This document shows, piece by piece, positions 1 to 11,669 of a stretch of DNA of 55,949 nt (the first letter of the stretch is position 1; each line of letters begins with the position of its first letter). Source of the stretch: Ministeria vibrans ATCC 50519 (taxonomy: Eukaryota; Protista; Filasterea). The stretch lies in contig CALSCP010001523.1 of NCBI GenBank assembly GCA_943704425.1, forward strand, positions 1-55,949, written 5' to 3'. The notes below the pieces were generated by a model that saw nothing but the letters and a program-made list of their open reading frames with translations, was not told where the DNA came from and searched no databases. A program made the translations under genes and the position numbers.

Positions 1-1021
1 TGTCGATCTTGACTACGCCAATGAGGTTAGATACTTAATGTATTGTGTTGGTGGCAGGCTTCTCTAACTGTTACTCCGGGGCTGGGTCACAACCCTAATA
101 AATAAACTTTTATTATTTTAACTTTTTATTAATATTTATTTAATTTTAATCAATTTTAATAAATTTTAATAAATTTTCTGTATATTACTCATTATTATCA
201 TATTCACCTTTCTTCTTATCGCTTACTCGGCTCGTATCATCTTCACTTTTTTTAAATTATTATATTTACTTTTTACATTCTCTTTAATTACATCCTTCCT
301 TTCATATCTTACTCTCTTATTTTAAAGACAATCCGTACTTTACTTTATTTACTTTACTTAATTAACTACTCTTAATTCTTTACACTTTGTAATAGACTTT
401 ATTTATAGCTTTTTTATAATTAATATTTCAATATAGTCAACTTCTTGTCAGTCTTTCGATTGTTAGATATTTACATTCTTTATGTACTCACTTTAAATGT
501 TACTTTTTCAATATCTTCCTTTAAACTCTAGTTAATATACTCTAGTCTCCATCTTCCATGTTTATCTATTAGGGCGCTTTTTTTCTTTTTTTTTGTTTCG
601 CTTTATCATATATTTCTTTTTGATATTATCTATCTTTAGACTTTCTTATATTTTCTTTATATATCTTTATATATATATTTATTCATATCTATCCATCTAA
701 TTTAGTTTAATAACTCACTTACGTATACTTTAAATACTACTATCATCTTCACTTTTTTCATATTAATATATATCTTTTCAATATCTTATTCATACACCAA
801 TCTATATATATATTAATACTACCTTTTATTTCCTATTTATCATATATTTATTAATCACTTATTATTAATAAATATATGTTAATAGTACTCTCTTTTGTTT
901 TTAATTAATACTATCAATAATTTTACTTATTTTTTCTTAATTAATCCCGGACATAGCTGGATTCGAACCTGCACCCTACATCTCGACAAGATGTTAATCT
1001 ACCTTTGATCTATATGTCCTT
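1..1021. repeat. Left terminal inverted repeat (1021 bp)
   Basis: Reverse complement of 54929-55949 with symmetric coordinates; match breaks at 1022/54928; one mismatch noticed (G17 vs A55933). Confidence 0.97.
948..1019 (-). tRNA. trnD: tRNA-Asp(GUC), TIR copy 1
   Basis: Acceptor GGACATA/TATGTCC; anticodon arm ACATC-TT GTC GA-GATGT; TTCGAAT T-loop. Confidence 0.95.
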
Positions 1022-1059
1022 TATTTAACCATTTAATCTTTTATATTCATATTTATATA

Positions 1060-1347
<288 letters not shown>

Positions 1348-1390
1348 CTATTTTACCTTTCCTACTTTTTCTGTCATTATCTGTTAAAGC

Positions 1391-2101
1391 TTATCGCGCT
1401 CACAGCTTTAGACCAAATACTCCTTTCTTGTTCATTATTTTTGTTATTTTTATTATACTTTGCTCTTTTTCTCATTTCTTTGCTTTTCTTTTTAATTTTC
1501 CTATTATCAATCTTTCTTTTACTTTTTTTAGATCTTTACTTAATTTACCTTTTATCTCTAATCTTAATCCTTCTTTTTTTAATGTTTTTTCTCTATCTTT
1601 TATATAGAGCTCTTTTGTTAATTCTGTTCAGTGGTTCTCTCTTTCTTTCTTATTATCCCTTCTTAATTCTTTACTTATCTCTTTGTTTCAATTGTTTTCT
1701 CAATTCTTTAATCAGAGTCTTTTTCTTATTTTATTATCTCAACCCTCTTTTTCTTCTTCTTTAAATGTTTTAATCTCGTTTCATCAGTATATTGTGTCTT
1801 CTATTACTCTGCTCTTTCATGAGTCTATTCCTTCTTTCTTTTTTCCTAATTCTCATTTTCATTTTAATAAACGTCATTCTCTTATGTTTTCTGTTGTCTT
1901 TATTATTCATATTATCTCTTTTTTACTTTCTACTTTTAATCATTTTGATATTTTAATTATATCATTAATTAGTTTTTCTTCTTTTTTTGATCATATTAAT
2001 ACTTTTATTACTCATTTTTCATTTTTTATCCTTTCTATCTTTTCTATTACTATTCCTTTATTTAATCAATTTCTTATTGTTTTACTTAGATTTTCTTTCA
2101 T
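1391..2101 (-). CDS. rps3: Ribosomal protein S3 (236 aa, divergent)
   Basis: Start and stop are in frame under code 4; C-terminus KKGVFGLKLWAR matches the uS3 YGVIGVKVWI motif; follows rps19 as in the S10 operon. Confidence 0.75.
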
Positions 2102-2105
2102 TCTT

Positions 2106-2324
2106 TTATCTTTTTCATTTTACTGTCTTTTTTGTTCAAATGAATTTACCTGCTTTTTCTCCTATTCAATTTGCTTTTGTGTTTACTTTTTTTCAGATTT
2201 TACCATTGTGTATGTAATATGACTTCTTTATCATGTCTAAATCTATTGTCTCATTTCTTTCTATCTTGCTAAATGGATCTTTATTTTTACTTGTTCATAT
2301 CTCTTTTCATTTTGATCTTATCAT
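2106..2324 (-). CDS. rps19: Ribosomal protein S19 (72 aa)
   Basis: MIRSKWK...YYIHNGKIW...WIGEKAGKFIWTKK matches uS19 HNGK...VGHKLGEFAPTR. Confidence 0.9.
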
Positions 2325-2325
2325 C

Positions 2326-2398
2326 CAGGAAAAGTCAGATTCGAACTGACTATCTTCAGGTTTGAAGCCCGATGTTTATCCTCATAAACTTTTTTCCT
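2326..2398 (-). tRNA. trnW: tRNA-Trp(UCA)
   Basis: Cloverleaf, anticodon arm TCGGG-CT TCA AA-CCTGA; consistent with TGA=Trp. Confidence 0.95.
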
Positions 2399-2416
2399 TA
2401 TCCACTTTTAGACTTT

Positions 2417-2487
2417 TTTTCCTAGTTGGAGTCGAACCAACAAATTTAACTTGGAAGGTTAATGTTATGCCATTTAACTATAGGAAA
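2417..2487 (-). tRNA. trnG: tRNA-Gly(UCC)
   Basis: Cloverleaf, TTAAC-CT TCC AA-GTTAA. Confidence 0.95.
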
Positions 2488-2519
2488 TTCAGTATACTAC
2501 ATTTTTACTTTTAGTATAC

Positions 2520-5500
2520 CTACTCTTTCTTATTTTTAATATATCAAAATAATCATTTTTTTTTATATTCTATTATTTCTTTATATTCTAAATAATTTAT
2601 TTTATTTTCTTTATTTTCTTTAATATTTAACATTGCTAGCTTTTGCTCTTTAGACACTTTATCCATTCTGTTTTTATTGATTAATAAACCACCATATTTG
2701 TTTAATTTTCATTTTCCTATTGTTTCTATTTTTGTTTTTTTAATCTTTCTTTTCATTTCTTTTAGTTTATCTAATCAATCTTCTACTTCTTTTAGATTTA
2801 GGTCTATTTCGCTATTCTTTTGTGTTTCATATTTAAGTATTTTTATCAGTTTATTTCCTGGGTTCTTTTTTCAGTCTAATGTTTCTAATTCTTCAATTAA
2901 ATATTTTATTTCTTCTTCATTTTTAGGGTTGGTCTTAATTATTTCTTTTAAGACTTCTACTGTTAGATCCCTAATAGTTTCATATATATTAATTAAATTA
3001 TTATTTTTATTTAGACTTCCTTTTTTATCCAGGTCTATAATTGAATATATATATGGTTTTGACTCTTTTTCTATTATATTAGAAAATTCATTTTCACCAT
3101 ATATACCACAGAGTTTCTTACCTTCTGAGATTTCTATGCTTTTATCTTCTCCATTTTTTATTAGATTTTTTCTTCTATCTTTAACTGACCTTAGTGTTTC
3201 TTTTGATCATTTAGAGAATTTTTCTTGTCTTTTAATGGATACTGATCTTCACTTTTCTTTTCTCTGGTTCAATATATTCTTTTTATCCATCTTTCAAATT
3301 AGATATTTAAATATATTTAGGTTTGTTTTTAACTCTACATTTTCTATTTCACCATTTATTTCTTTATCTCATCTTATATATGAATATTTCTTCTTTTTAG
3401 TAGAATATAATTCATATATTTGATTTTCTATAATTCAGAATTCTATATTTTCTTTATTTAAGTTCATAAATAAATATTTATGGTTTCTTTCCGTTTTTCT
3501 TTTAGAAATGTTTTCTTCAAGTCATTTATTATTTATTTCTGGATGATAACTCCTATTCTCCCTTTCCTTTTCTTCATCCATTTCATCAAATGTCTTTCAG
3601 AGTTTTTTTCGATATGTATCCGCATCTATTACTAAGAGACTTTTTTTAATATCTTCTATATATTTTATTATTTTTTTGTCTAACCTATTATTACTTTTTA
3701 GATTATACTTAGTACCAATATAATTTTTACTTAATCTATTTTTAATTTCTTCTAGATCAGTCTTTTCTTTTCCTTCATTTAAAACTTTATCCAATTTATT
3801 ATTAGTTTTTTCTATTCAATCTAGGTTCATTATTACTTCAAGAGTGTCTTCTTTAATTAATTTCATATCTAAATTGAATAGTTTTTCTAATTTATCTTCT
3901 GTTTTTTCTAATAGTAATAATTCTGATATTATTTTTATTAATTCAACAAATTCTTTTTCTAAATTTTCTTTTTTACTTTTTTTATATTCTACTTCTAATT
4001 TTTTTAGATTTACTATTATTTCATTTATTGTTTTTATTATTACTTCTGTCTCTTTTCCTATTTTTCTGTTTGAGTTGTATGCTCTTATATCTTCCGCCAT
4101 TTCCATATCTTTAATAAACATTTTAAGTAGTGGGTTTTCTTCTGTACCTAAATTGTTTCTCTTTATATATATTCAAGTTATTGGTGTCAGAATTAAGCTT
4201 CATTCAAATCCTATATATGGGAATCTATCTAATTTTGATATTAATTTAAATATGTTTACTTTTATATTAGCTAGGCTTCTTAATTTATCACTTATTTCCT
4301 TTTGTTCTACTGTTCTATTCATTCCAGTTATTTTTTTTTCTATTTTTTCTTCAACTGAGATTTTTTTAATTCATTCATCTCCATCTTTTTTTTTATCTTT
4401 TTTATTTGTTTCTTTATTTATTCATTTTCCTTTTTCTCTTAGTTCCTCTGCTCTATCTATTTTTTCCATTTTTATTCTTTCTTGATCTTCTTCGTACTGT
4501 CTTCAATGTTCTTTTTCTAACATTATTCTATGTACTTTCTCCGATTGTGTTTCTGCTACTCCTCTTTCTATGTCTCTTTTTTTTGTCTCGATTTCTTCCG
4601 CAAGTCATATTTGATCTTCCAATAGTCCACTTCTCGCATCTTTTACTAGTTTCTTTATTTCGTTTTCTGATGGCTTTTTTATATATTCTTTTATTTCCGA
4701 TAGACCATCAACATATGACAAGTAGGGGCTTTTTGAGAGTGCTTCTCTTTCTGCTTTCTTTGCTCCCTCAGACATTTTATTACCTAATTCTTTAGTTATT
4801 TTAAATACTTGAGATTCATATTCCTCTAGAATATCTCAATTTTGATTTATTGAGATTCTTTTTGAGAGTTTTGAAAATCAACTATTTAATTTAACTATTT
4901 TTTTATAGGTGCTTTTATCGAACTCTGTACTTAATTTATCTATTTTTTTAAGTTCATGTCTTAGGAATTCATTTCATTTTGTTTTAATTGGAGTATTTAG
5001 ATTTCCATATTCTAATCCTTGAGCATCTTCGTTTCTTTTATTTTTTTTATCCATCTCTATTTCTTTTGGGAATATGTGATCTCCTTTTATTTTTTCAAGA
5101 GATGTTATTTTATTATTAATTTCAAACCATTTCTTATTTATTGGTGTGAAGCTTTTTTCATCATTTAGATTTTTAAAATCTTCTAAGAAATTATCTTCTT
5201 TTTCCCTCAATTCTTCATCTTTATCTCTATTATATGGTCAAGTTCAGTATTCTTTTTCTTTATTTATTATATTTATAGTTTCTAAATAACCGAATTTTAG
5301 ATCATTGTATATTACTCATTTTTTAAGAATATTATTTTGATTATTCTTTAGAGTTTCTTTAATTAATTCTTCATTAATTATATTATTATTTTTTTCACTT
5401 CTAGCTTTTACTTCATTGTTAAAGTCTTTTCTGTTCAGGAAGAAGAAATTATCTCATTCTTTCTTCCATCCTGTTAATCATTTAAATCTTTCTTTTGTTA

Positions 5501-8500
5501 TGAATTTAGCTTTTAGGGCGTCCATATCAAGTGTTACTATATTTAATTTTCAATGTTTAACTATTCATTTTGTTAATCAATTTAATATTGTTAGTGTAAC
5601 TCAACTCATATTTCTTAGTTTAGGTACTTCATAGTCATCTTCTTTTTTTTTTAATAATTTACTTTTATTAGGATTAAATATTAAATTTATTCTATTTAAT
5701 ATTTCTTCCTTTTTCAGTCTATTAGGATGATTTCAAAGTATCTTTCTAATTAAATTTAGTCAGTATTCGTATATATTTATTGAATTTTTAGTTGAGTCAT
5801 CATTATTTCAATATATTATATTTCTTTTTATAAAGATTTCTCCTCACTTTATTACTACTTTTTCATCTCAATATGATTTTTCATGGTTTCAGAATACTTT
5901 TCTGAAATTATATTTTGATGAGACTAAGCTATAATCTAGTTTTGATTCCCCTATTTCTTTTGTTTTTAGGTATGCGAAATTTACTATTTCTGGGGATTCT
6001 GAATATTCATTAGTTATGTCTCAGGGGAATATTGTTAATTTATTTCCTTTTCGGTTTTTTTGCATTTGCTCTTGTATTTTATTATAAATAATTTCATTAC
6101 ATTCATATTTATAATTATATCTAATTCAGTCTGTTGTAAAATATTTCATTATTCTCATTAAGTCTATGTATCTTCTTTTGTTTTCTTCCTTTATCATATG
6201 GATTTTTAATTTATTAAAATAATTATTTAATCTATTTTTACTTCAATTTCCTCATTTTGATTCTATCTTTTCATTTAGATTATAATTTACTTTTTCTGTT
6301 GTTACCATTAGATTTACTATTTTATTTTCTGAATTTTGATACATTAATAGATTTCATGTTGTTGGTTTTATTTCCTCTATATATGTGTATTCCTCTTTAT
6401 TTACTTTCCATTTATTTATTGTACCTTTATTAATTGATTTAAATAATATTTTACTTAATTTATCATTTATTCTAAAATAATTATTATAATTTGCTTCTAT
6501 TTCTCATTCGTAAATATCTTGTTTATTTAATAATCTTTCACTTTTAGGGGTTTGTTCCAAGTTTTCTATTTTTACCTTTTCTACCTCTTTTAGAATCTCT
6601 TTAAATTTTTTATTATTAATATATTCATTAATTTGCTTATCTATTGTCTTTACTCTACCTTCTTGCTCTATTATTCTATCTTCTTTATTTACTGCTTTTA
6701 GTCCTTTTATTTTTTTCTCTTTTATTAGTGCCTCTATCTCTTTTTCTGCTTTTTCTTTTAGTTTCTTATTTCTTTTTCGAACCTTATTTGGGATCTTTTC
6801 TTGTGGCGCTACCTTATTTCAATTTGTCAGTTCTAATCTTTCACTAAAGCTTATTAGAGGTCATATTATTATTGAGAATTTTACACTATCTTTTCTTTCT
6901 ATTATTTTTGTTTCTTCTATTAACATTTTTTGGATTTTTTTTCATTCTTCTTTTTCTTTATATGTTTTTTTAAATTTCATATTTTTTTCTATTACTCAAT
7001 CTTCTATCTCTTGTCTTAGTGGTAAACCTATTGGTGGACGATTCTTATAATATATTTGTAAGTCTTCTTCATCTAGATCATATTCTATGTTTCCTTCTCA
7101 TTCTTCTTTATCTATTATTTTTTCGATATCTAGTTTATTGTCTATCTCTAGATTTAGTTCTTCTAATATTAATGAAATTATTGAATTTTTATTAGAATTT
7201 ACAATCATATTATTTGGATATAAATCTGTTAAATTAATCATTTGTTCTAGGTTTAATTCTAGATGTTTTTTTTCTTCATTTCACACTTTTATTTTTTCAT
7301 ATTCTATCATTTCGCTTTCTATTCTTTCGCCTTCTATTTTGTTTTCTATATTGTCTTTTCAACCTTTATTTAAATCCATCTTTATTCTAGGCTTTATATA
7401 GTTTTTTGAAATACCTTCTAGGATGTTTAATATCATCTCAATTGTAGTGTAAATATCTAATGTTTCTAATATTAGATTTAACTCTTCTTTTGTTGATACC
7501 AATTCTATTTCTTTTTCTAATATTTCTTTTTCTTTTATATTATTTATTTTTATTCCTAGTTTTTCTTCGTATTTTGTTTTTAGTTTTCATATTAGACATG
7601 ATAAATTAATATAATTATATTCTGTTATATTATTTTTTCATTTATTATTTCCCAGTTCTTTAATATCTTGTTCCCTTTTTATAATTCAATTTTTATAATT
7701 ACTTGAACTTGATTCTCTTCCATACTTTTCAATTATTCATAATAGTTCTTTTCAATCTATTTTTAATAATTCTGATATTAATTCTACACTTGCTATCTTA
7801 CCTATCTTTGTTCTAGTTCTTATGTCATTTTCGTGTAAATTATTAGTTTGAGCTGAATTTGAAAAATACTTTGTAATTATACTAAATGTATTAAAATCGA
7901 ATATGTTTAGTTTTTTAATTGATTTAATTAATATTGTTATTAATGGGTTTTCTGCAACTATATTTTTTGATTTTTCTATTACATAGTAACCTATTTCAAC
8001 TTTTTCACTATTTTCTTCTTTAAATGTTGTCTCTACTTTTTTTATCATTTCTTCAATCAATTGGATTTCGCTTTCTGTTTTTTCAATCTTTTCTTTAATC
8101 ACTTCCATTTCGTTTTCTGTTTTTTCTATTTCTGTTTTTTCTTTTTTTATTTTTTCTATTTCATTATTCTTTCTTGTTTTAATTATTTTATACATTTCTT
8201 TTAATGATTCAATTGTTAATTCTTTTCTTCCTCTTTCATTAGTTTCAATTCACATTTTTTTGTATTCAAGCTTTTGCTCTTCTGTAATTAGGTTACCAGC
8301 TTTGTCACGTTGATCTAATAAACATGTTATTAATTTTTCTGGATTTTTATTTACTCTTGAATCATCTATATTTATTATAGATGACTCTTCGTAACACTTA
8401 AATGATTTTACAAGGAATTCTTTTAGTTCTTCCTTGCTTCTGTCATTAAACACATTCAAGGAGTATTGTCTTATTATTTCGTTATTACTTTTTGTATTCA

Positions 8501-8636
8501 CAAATACTCCTTGTTTGTTATAACTTATATATATTAAAATTATGAGATTTCACACTTGCCTTTTTTCTTTTCCTTCTATGTTTTTCTTCGAGTTTATATA
8601 ATTAAATAATTCAAACATCATTCTGTTGTTTTCCAT
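2520..8636 (-). CDS. Giant ORF, 2038 aa (orf2038); possible uS11-like N-terminus
   Basis: Frame read by hand: no TAA/TAG between ATG 8636 and TAG 2522-2520; joins five track fragments in one frame; K/E/I/N/W-rich. Confidence 0.85.
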
Positions 8637-8644
8637 CTTTTTTT

Positions 8645-9076
8645 TTATTCTAAAAGAAATCTTGTTTTACCAAGCTTTCTTTGTGTTTTTCCGTTAGTTC
8701 TTAATCTTTGACCACGTGTTGTGTAGCCTAACTTATGTCTTAATGATCTGTAATCACCTAGATTTAACATTTCTCTTACATCTTTTTTATATTTGTTAAA
8801 ACTTTTTTTAGATATATCTGAATTATATCTTTTTCATTTTTCTATCATCTTTTCATTTTCTTTGAATAATTTACCTTTCTTAAAATCTTGCTTATATTCA
8901 TTTCCATTTATACTTTTACTTACTCCTTGTCATTCTAAGAATTTATTAATTTGAGTTAATCCTACTCATTTTTTTATTAAAATTCGGCTATTTTCTAAGG
9001 TTCCTTTCTTTCAGTCTTTTAATAAGTTTATATTATTATTGTTAGCATTTGATTTATTTATTATTATTTTGTACAT
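8645..9076 (-). CDS. rps13: Ribosomal protein S13 (143 aa)
   Basis: C-terminal YRSLRHKLGYTTRGQRLRTNGKT matches uS13 [23 protein letters not shown]. Confidence 0.92.
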
Positions 9077-9122
9077 TTTTTTTATAATTTACATTTTTTA
9101 CATTTTTAAATTTAAAATGTAA

Positions 9123-9203
9123 TGAGAACGAATTGATTCGAACAATTGTACCCTAAGGACCAGATTTACAATCTAGCGCATTTGACCGCTCTGCTACATT
9201 CTC
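9123..9203 (-). tRNA. trnY: tRNA-Tyr(GUA)
   Basis: CTAGA-TT GTA AA-TCTGG with a long variable arm. Confidence 0.95.
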
Positions 9204-9350
9204 TTATATAATTATATAAGGAGTTAGATTATTCTTTATTATTATATAAGGAGTTATAATTCTTTTTTTTTTTATTCTAATTTACTTTTTAACGTCCAAA
9301 AACTTTTTACAAGATTAACCTAAATACCTGCAATTATGCTGTTTCCTTCA

Positions 9351-9372
9351 GTAACTATGCAAAGTTACTATC
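9351..9372 (-). promoter_or_regulatory. Conserved 22-bp palindromic motif GATAGTAACTTTGCATAGTTAC, copy 1
   Basis: One of five near-identical intergenic copies, all oriented with transcription; function is inferred. Confidence 0.55.
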
Positions 9373-9725
9373 AGATTTACTGCATTTTTTTTATGTAACT
9401 ATACTGTTTTTTTTGTGTGTTTACACTGTCTTTTTCCTTTTTTCTGTATGTTTTACCTTAACGTTTTTCAACTTTTCTTAATTTCGACTTTTCCTCAAAT
9501 CTTCTTTTTTATAAGGGAACATATCACAAATCACTCAGCTTTTTCACTTTTATTTCTTCACCTTTTTTCTTCTTTTACCTAGTTCATTCTTCTTTTTATT
9601 CTTCTCTTTTTTCCTCTTTTTTCTTCTCTTTTTTCTTCTCTTTATTCTTCTCTTCATTCTTCTTTTCATCCTTTATTTTTCTTTTCATCCTTTATTTTTC
9701 TTTTCATTCTTTTTTTTTTGTTCTT

Positions 9726-10388
9726 TTATCTTTTAGCTAGTTTACCTCATCTTGTTTTATGTACTTTGTTTGGTGATGATCCACCGTTTGGATGATCTAC
9801 TGGGTTTTTAGTCATTCCTGTTACTCTAGGTTTTAGTCCAAAATGAATGCTATCTCCTGCTTTTGTTTTTTTACATCTTTTAAGATCTCCACTTAAAAAT
9901 GGCTTTTGAACTGATCCTGTTTGACAGAATGAGTCTTTTGATATTATAATTAGTTTTTCACTTGGCAGTTTAATTAGGGCTTTCTTTTCTTTTGTAAAGC
10001 CTATTAATAGACAACTATTTCCTCCCGATTTTCCATATTTTCCATTTAGATTGAATAGTTCTGTTCCTGGTAAGAGGTTCTTTAAATTTGAAAAATACAT
10101 TGGTCAGATTCCTTCTTCTTTCTTTAATAATCCAATTACTATTTTGTCATTTATTTTCATTTTATTATTTGGAATTAGTCTTAGACTTCCAAATCCATTC
10201 AAATATTTACAATTTGCTAATGCTGAATTTCTGTATCCTGTGTATTCTCATTTTTCTACTATTAATTTTTTACTTGAATATCCTAAACAACTTTCTTTTA
10301 ATCCGTATTCTTTGTATATTCGCTTTTCTCTCTTTCCTTTTGAATATACTGTTATATTACCATGTCTATTTCTTCCTGCTTTTCACAT
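9726..10388 (-). CDS. rpl2: Ribosomal protein L2 (220 aa)
   Basis: AGRNRHGNITV, PRVTGMTKNPVDHPNGG, TRWGK. Confidence 0.93.
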
Positions 10389-10451
10389 TCTTTTTATTTA
10401 TTATTTTTAGTATCTATCTTTCCCACCCTTATCACGAGGTCATAGATTCAC

Positions 10452-10883
10452 TTAGATGCTCTTTTCTTTTTCTATCTTTATTTTAAATGGTAATCAATAT
10501 GATATCTCTTTAATTAAACTTTTAATTAATAATTCTTGTTCTTTTGTTTTATATAATATTATATAGAGTAAGTTTCCTTTCTTAATGTATCAAATGTATT
10601 TTTCTATATCTCCTTTTCCTCTTCCTAGTTTTGATTCATTTGGCTTTTTACTTAATCCTACTGTTGCTTTTATTTTACAATTTACTTTGCAGTCTAATTT
10701 GCTTATCTCTTTTAATCTTTTTTTTAATGTTTTTGAAATTTGTATTAATGTTTTCTCTTCTATTATGTTGTTCTCTTTACTTACCATTTTTAATACTTCT
10801 TTCTTTCTTTTCATACTCTTCAATCCTTCTGGACTTCTTTCTTCTGTTAATATTATTCTTTTATTATCTCTTCTGTTATTCAT
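10452..10883 (-). CDS. rpl16: Ribosomal protein L16 (143 aa)
   Basis: SKKPNESKLGRGKGDIEKYIWYIKKGNLLY matches uL16 KP.E.RMGKGKG...W...G. Confidence 0.85.
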
Positions 10884-10887
10884 TTCT

Positions 10888-11262
10888 TTATATTAATTCT
10901 GGATCATTTAATATTAATTTTATATTCTTACTTTTCTCTAAGTATTCTCCTATTGGACTTAGGATTCTATTTCCAATTGGTGTTCAGTTTCCTTTATTGT
11001 TCTTTTTTACTATTATTATACCTCTCTTGTCATATCAAAATGAACTTCCATCTTTATCTTTATGTTTCTTTGTATCTAATACTATTAGTCCATGTAGTAA
11101 ATTTCCCTTTAAATATGTTTTTGACACTTTTGGCGATACTTCCTTTATCACAACTTTGCAAATTGTTCCAAATGAGGGAATTTTCTTTTTTCCTATAGTT
11201 TCTATTGATTCTACTTCTATTATTCCTGAACTATCTAGTACCTCGAATTTACGTTTTAACAT
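10888..11262 (-). CDS. rpl14: Ribosomal protein L14 (124 aa)
   Basis: EVLDSSG...KDGSSFWYD...PIGNRILSPI matches uL14 VADNSG...DGS...FD...PKGTRIFGPV. Confidence 0.9.
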
Positions 11263-11335
11263 TTATTTAAATTTTAATTTAAATTTTAATTTAATTTATT
11301 CATTTTTATAACTCTTTACTCTTTACTCTTTATTT

Positions 11336-11406
11336 ATGGATGTGCTGGGATCGAACCAACTATCATACTATCAAAAAGTAATGCTTTACCATTTAGCTTA
11401 CATCCA
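11336..11406 (-). tRNA. trnQ: tRNA-Gln(UUG)
   Basis: Cloverleaf, loop TT TTG AT. Confidence 0.93.
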
Positions 11407-11420
11407 TTTTTCCATTTTTA

Positions 11421-11493
11421 GGCGATTAATGAGGATCGAACTCAATTCTTTTAACGCCACAAGTTAACGCTTATCCATTCAGCTTCAATCGCC
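11421..11493 (-). tRNA. trnH: tRNA-His(GUG) with encoded G-1
   Basis: TTAAC-TT GTG GC-GTTAA; G-1 faces C73. Confidence 0.93.
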
Positions 11494-11497
11494 TTCT

Positions 11498-11568
11498 TAT
11501 CTCTAGAAAGATTTGAACTTTCTCTACTTACACGAAAAGCAAGTGTACTACCTATATACTATAGAGAC
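11498..11568 (-). tRNA. trnE: tRNA-Glu(UUC)
   Basis: CTTGC-TT TTC GT-GTAAG. Confidence 0.93.
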
Positions 11569-11592
11569 TTGGGAATAGGAACTCCTTCAACA

Positions 11593-11649
11593 AATACTAA
11601 TACTAATACTAATACTAATACTAATACTAATACTAATACTAATACTAAT
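11593..11649. repeat. (AATACT)9 microsatellite
   Basis: Direct reading. Confidence 0.95.
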
Positions 11650-11669
11650 CTTTATTTTAGTATCAACAA

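Noticed and set aside
10409-10451. 5S rRNA (GTGGGAAAG loop-E-like motif)
   Set aside because: Only ~60 nt are free between rpl16 and rpl2, too short, and no other 5S domain is visible.
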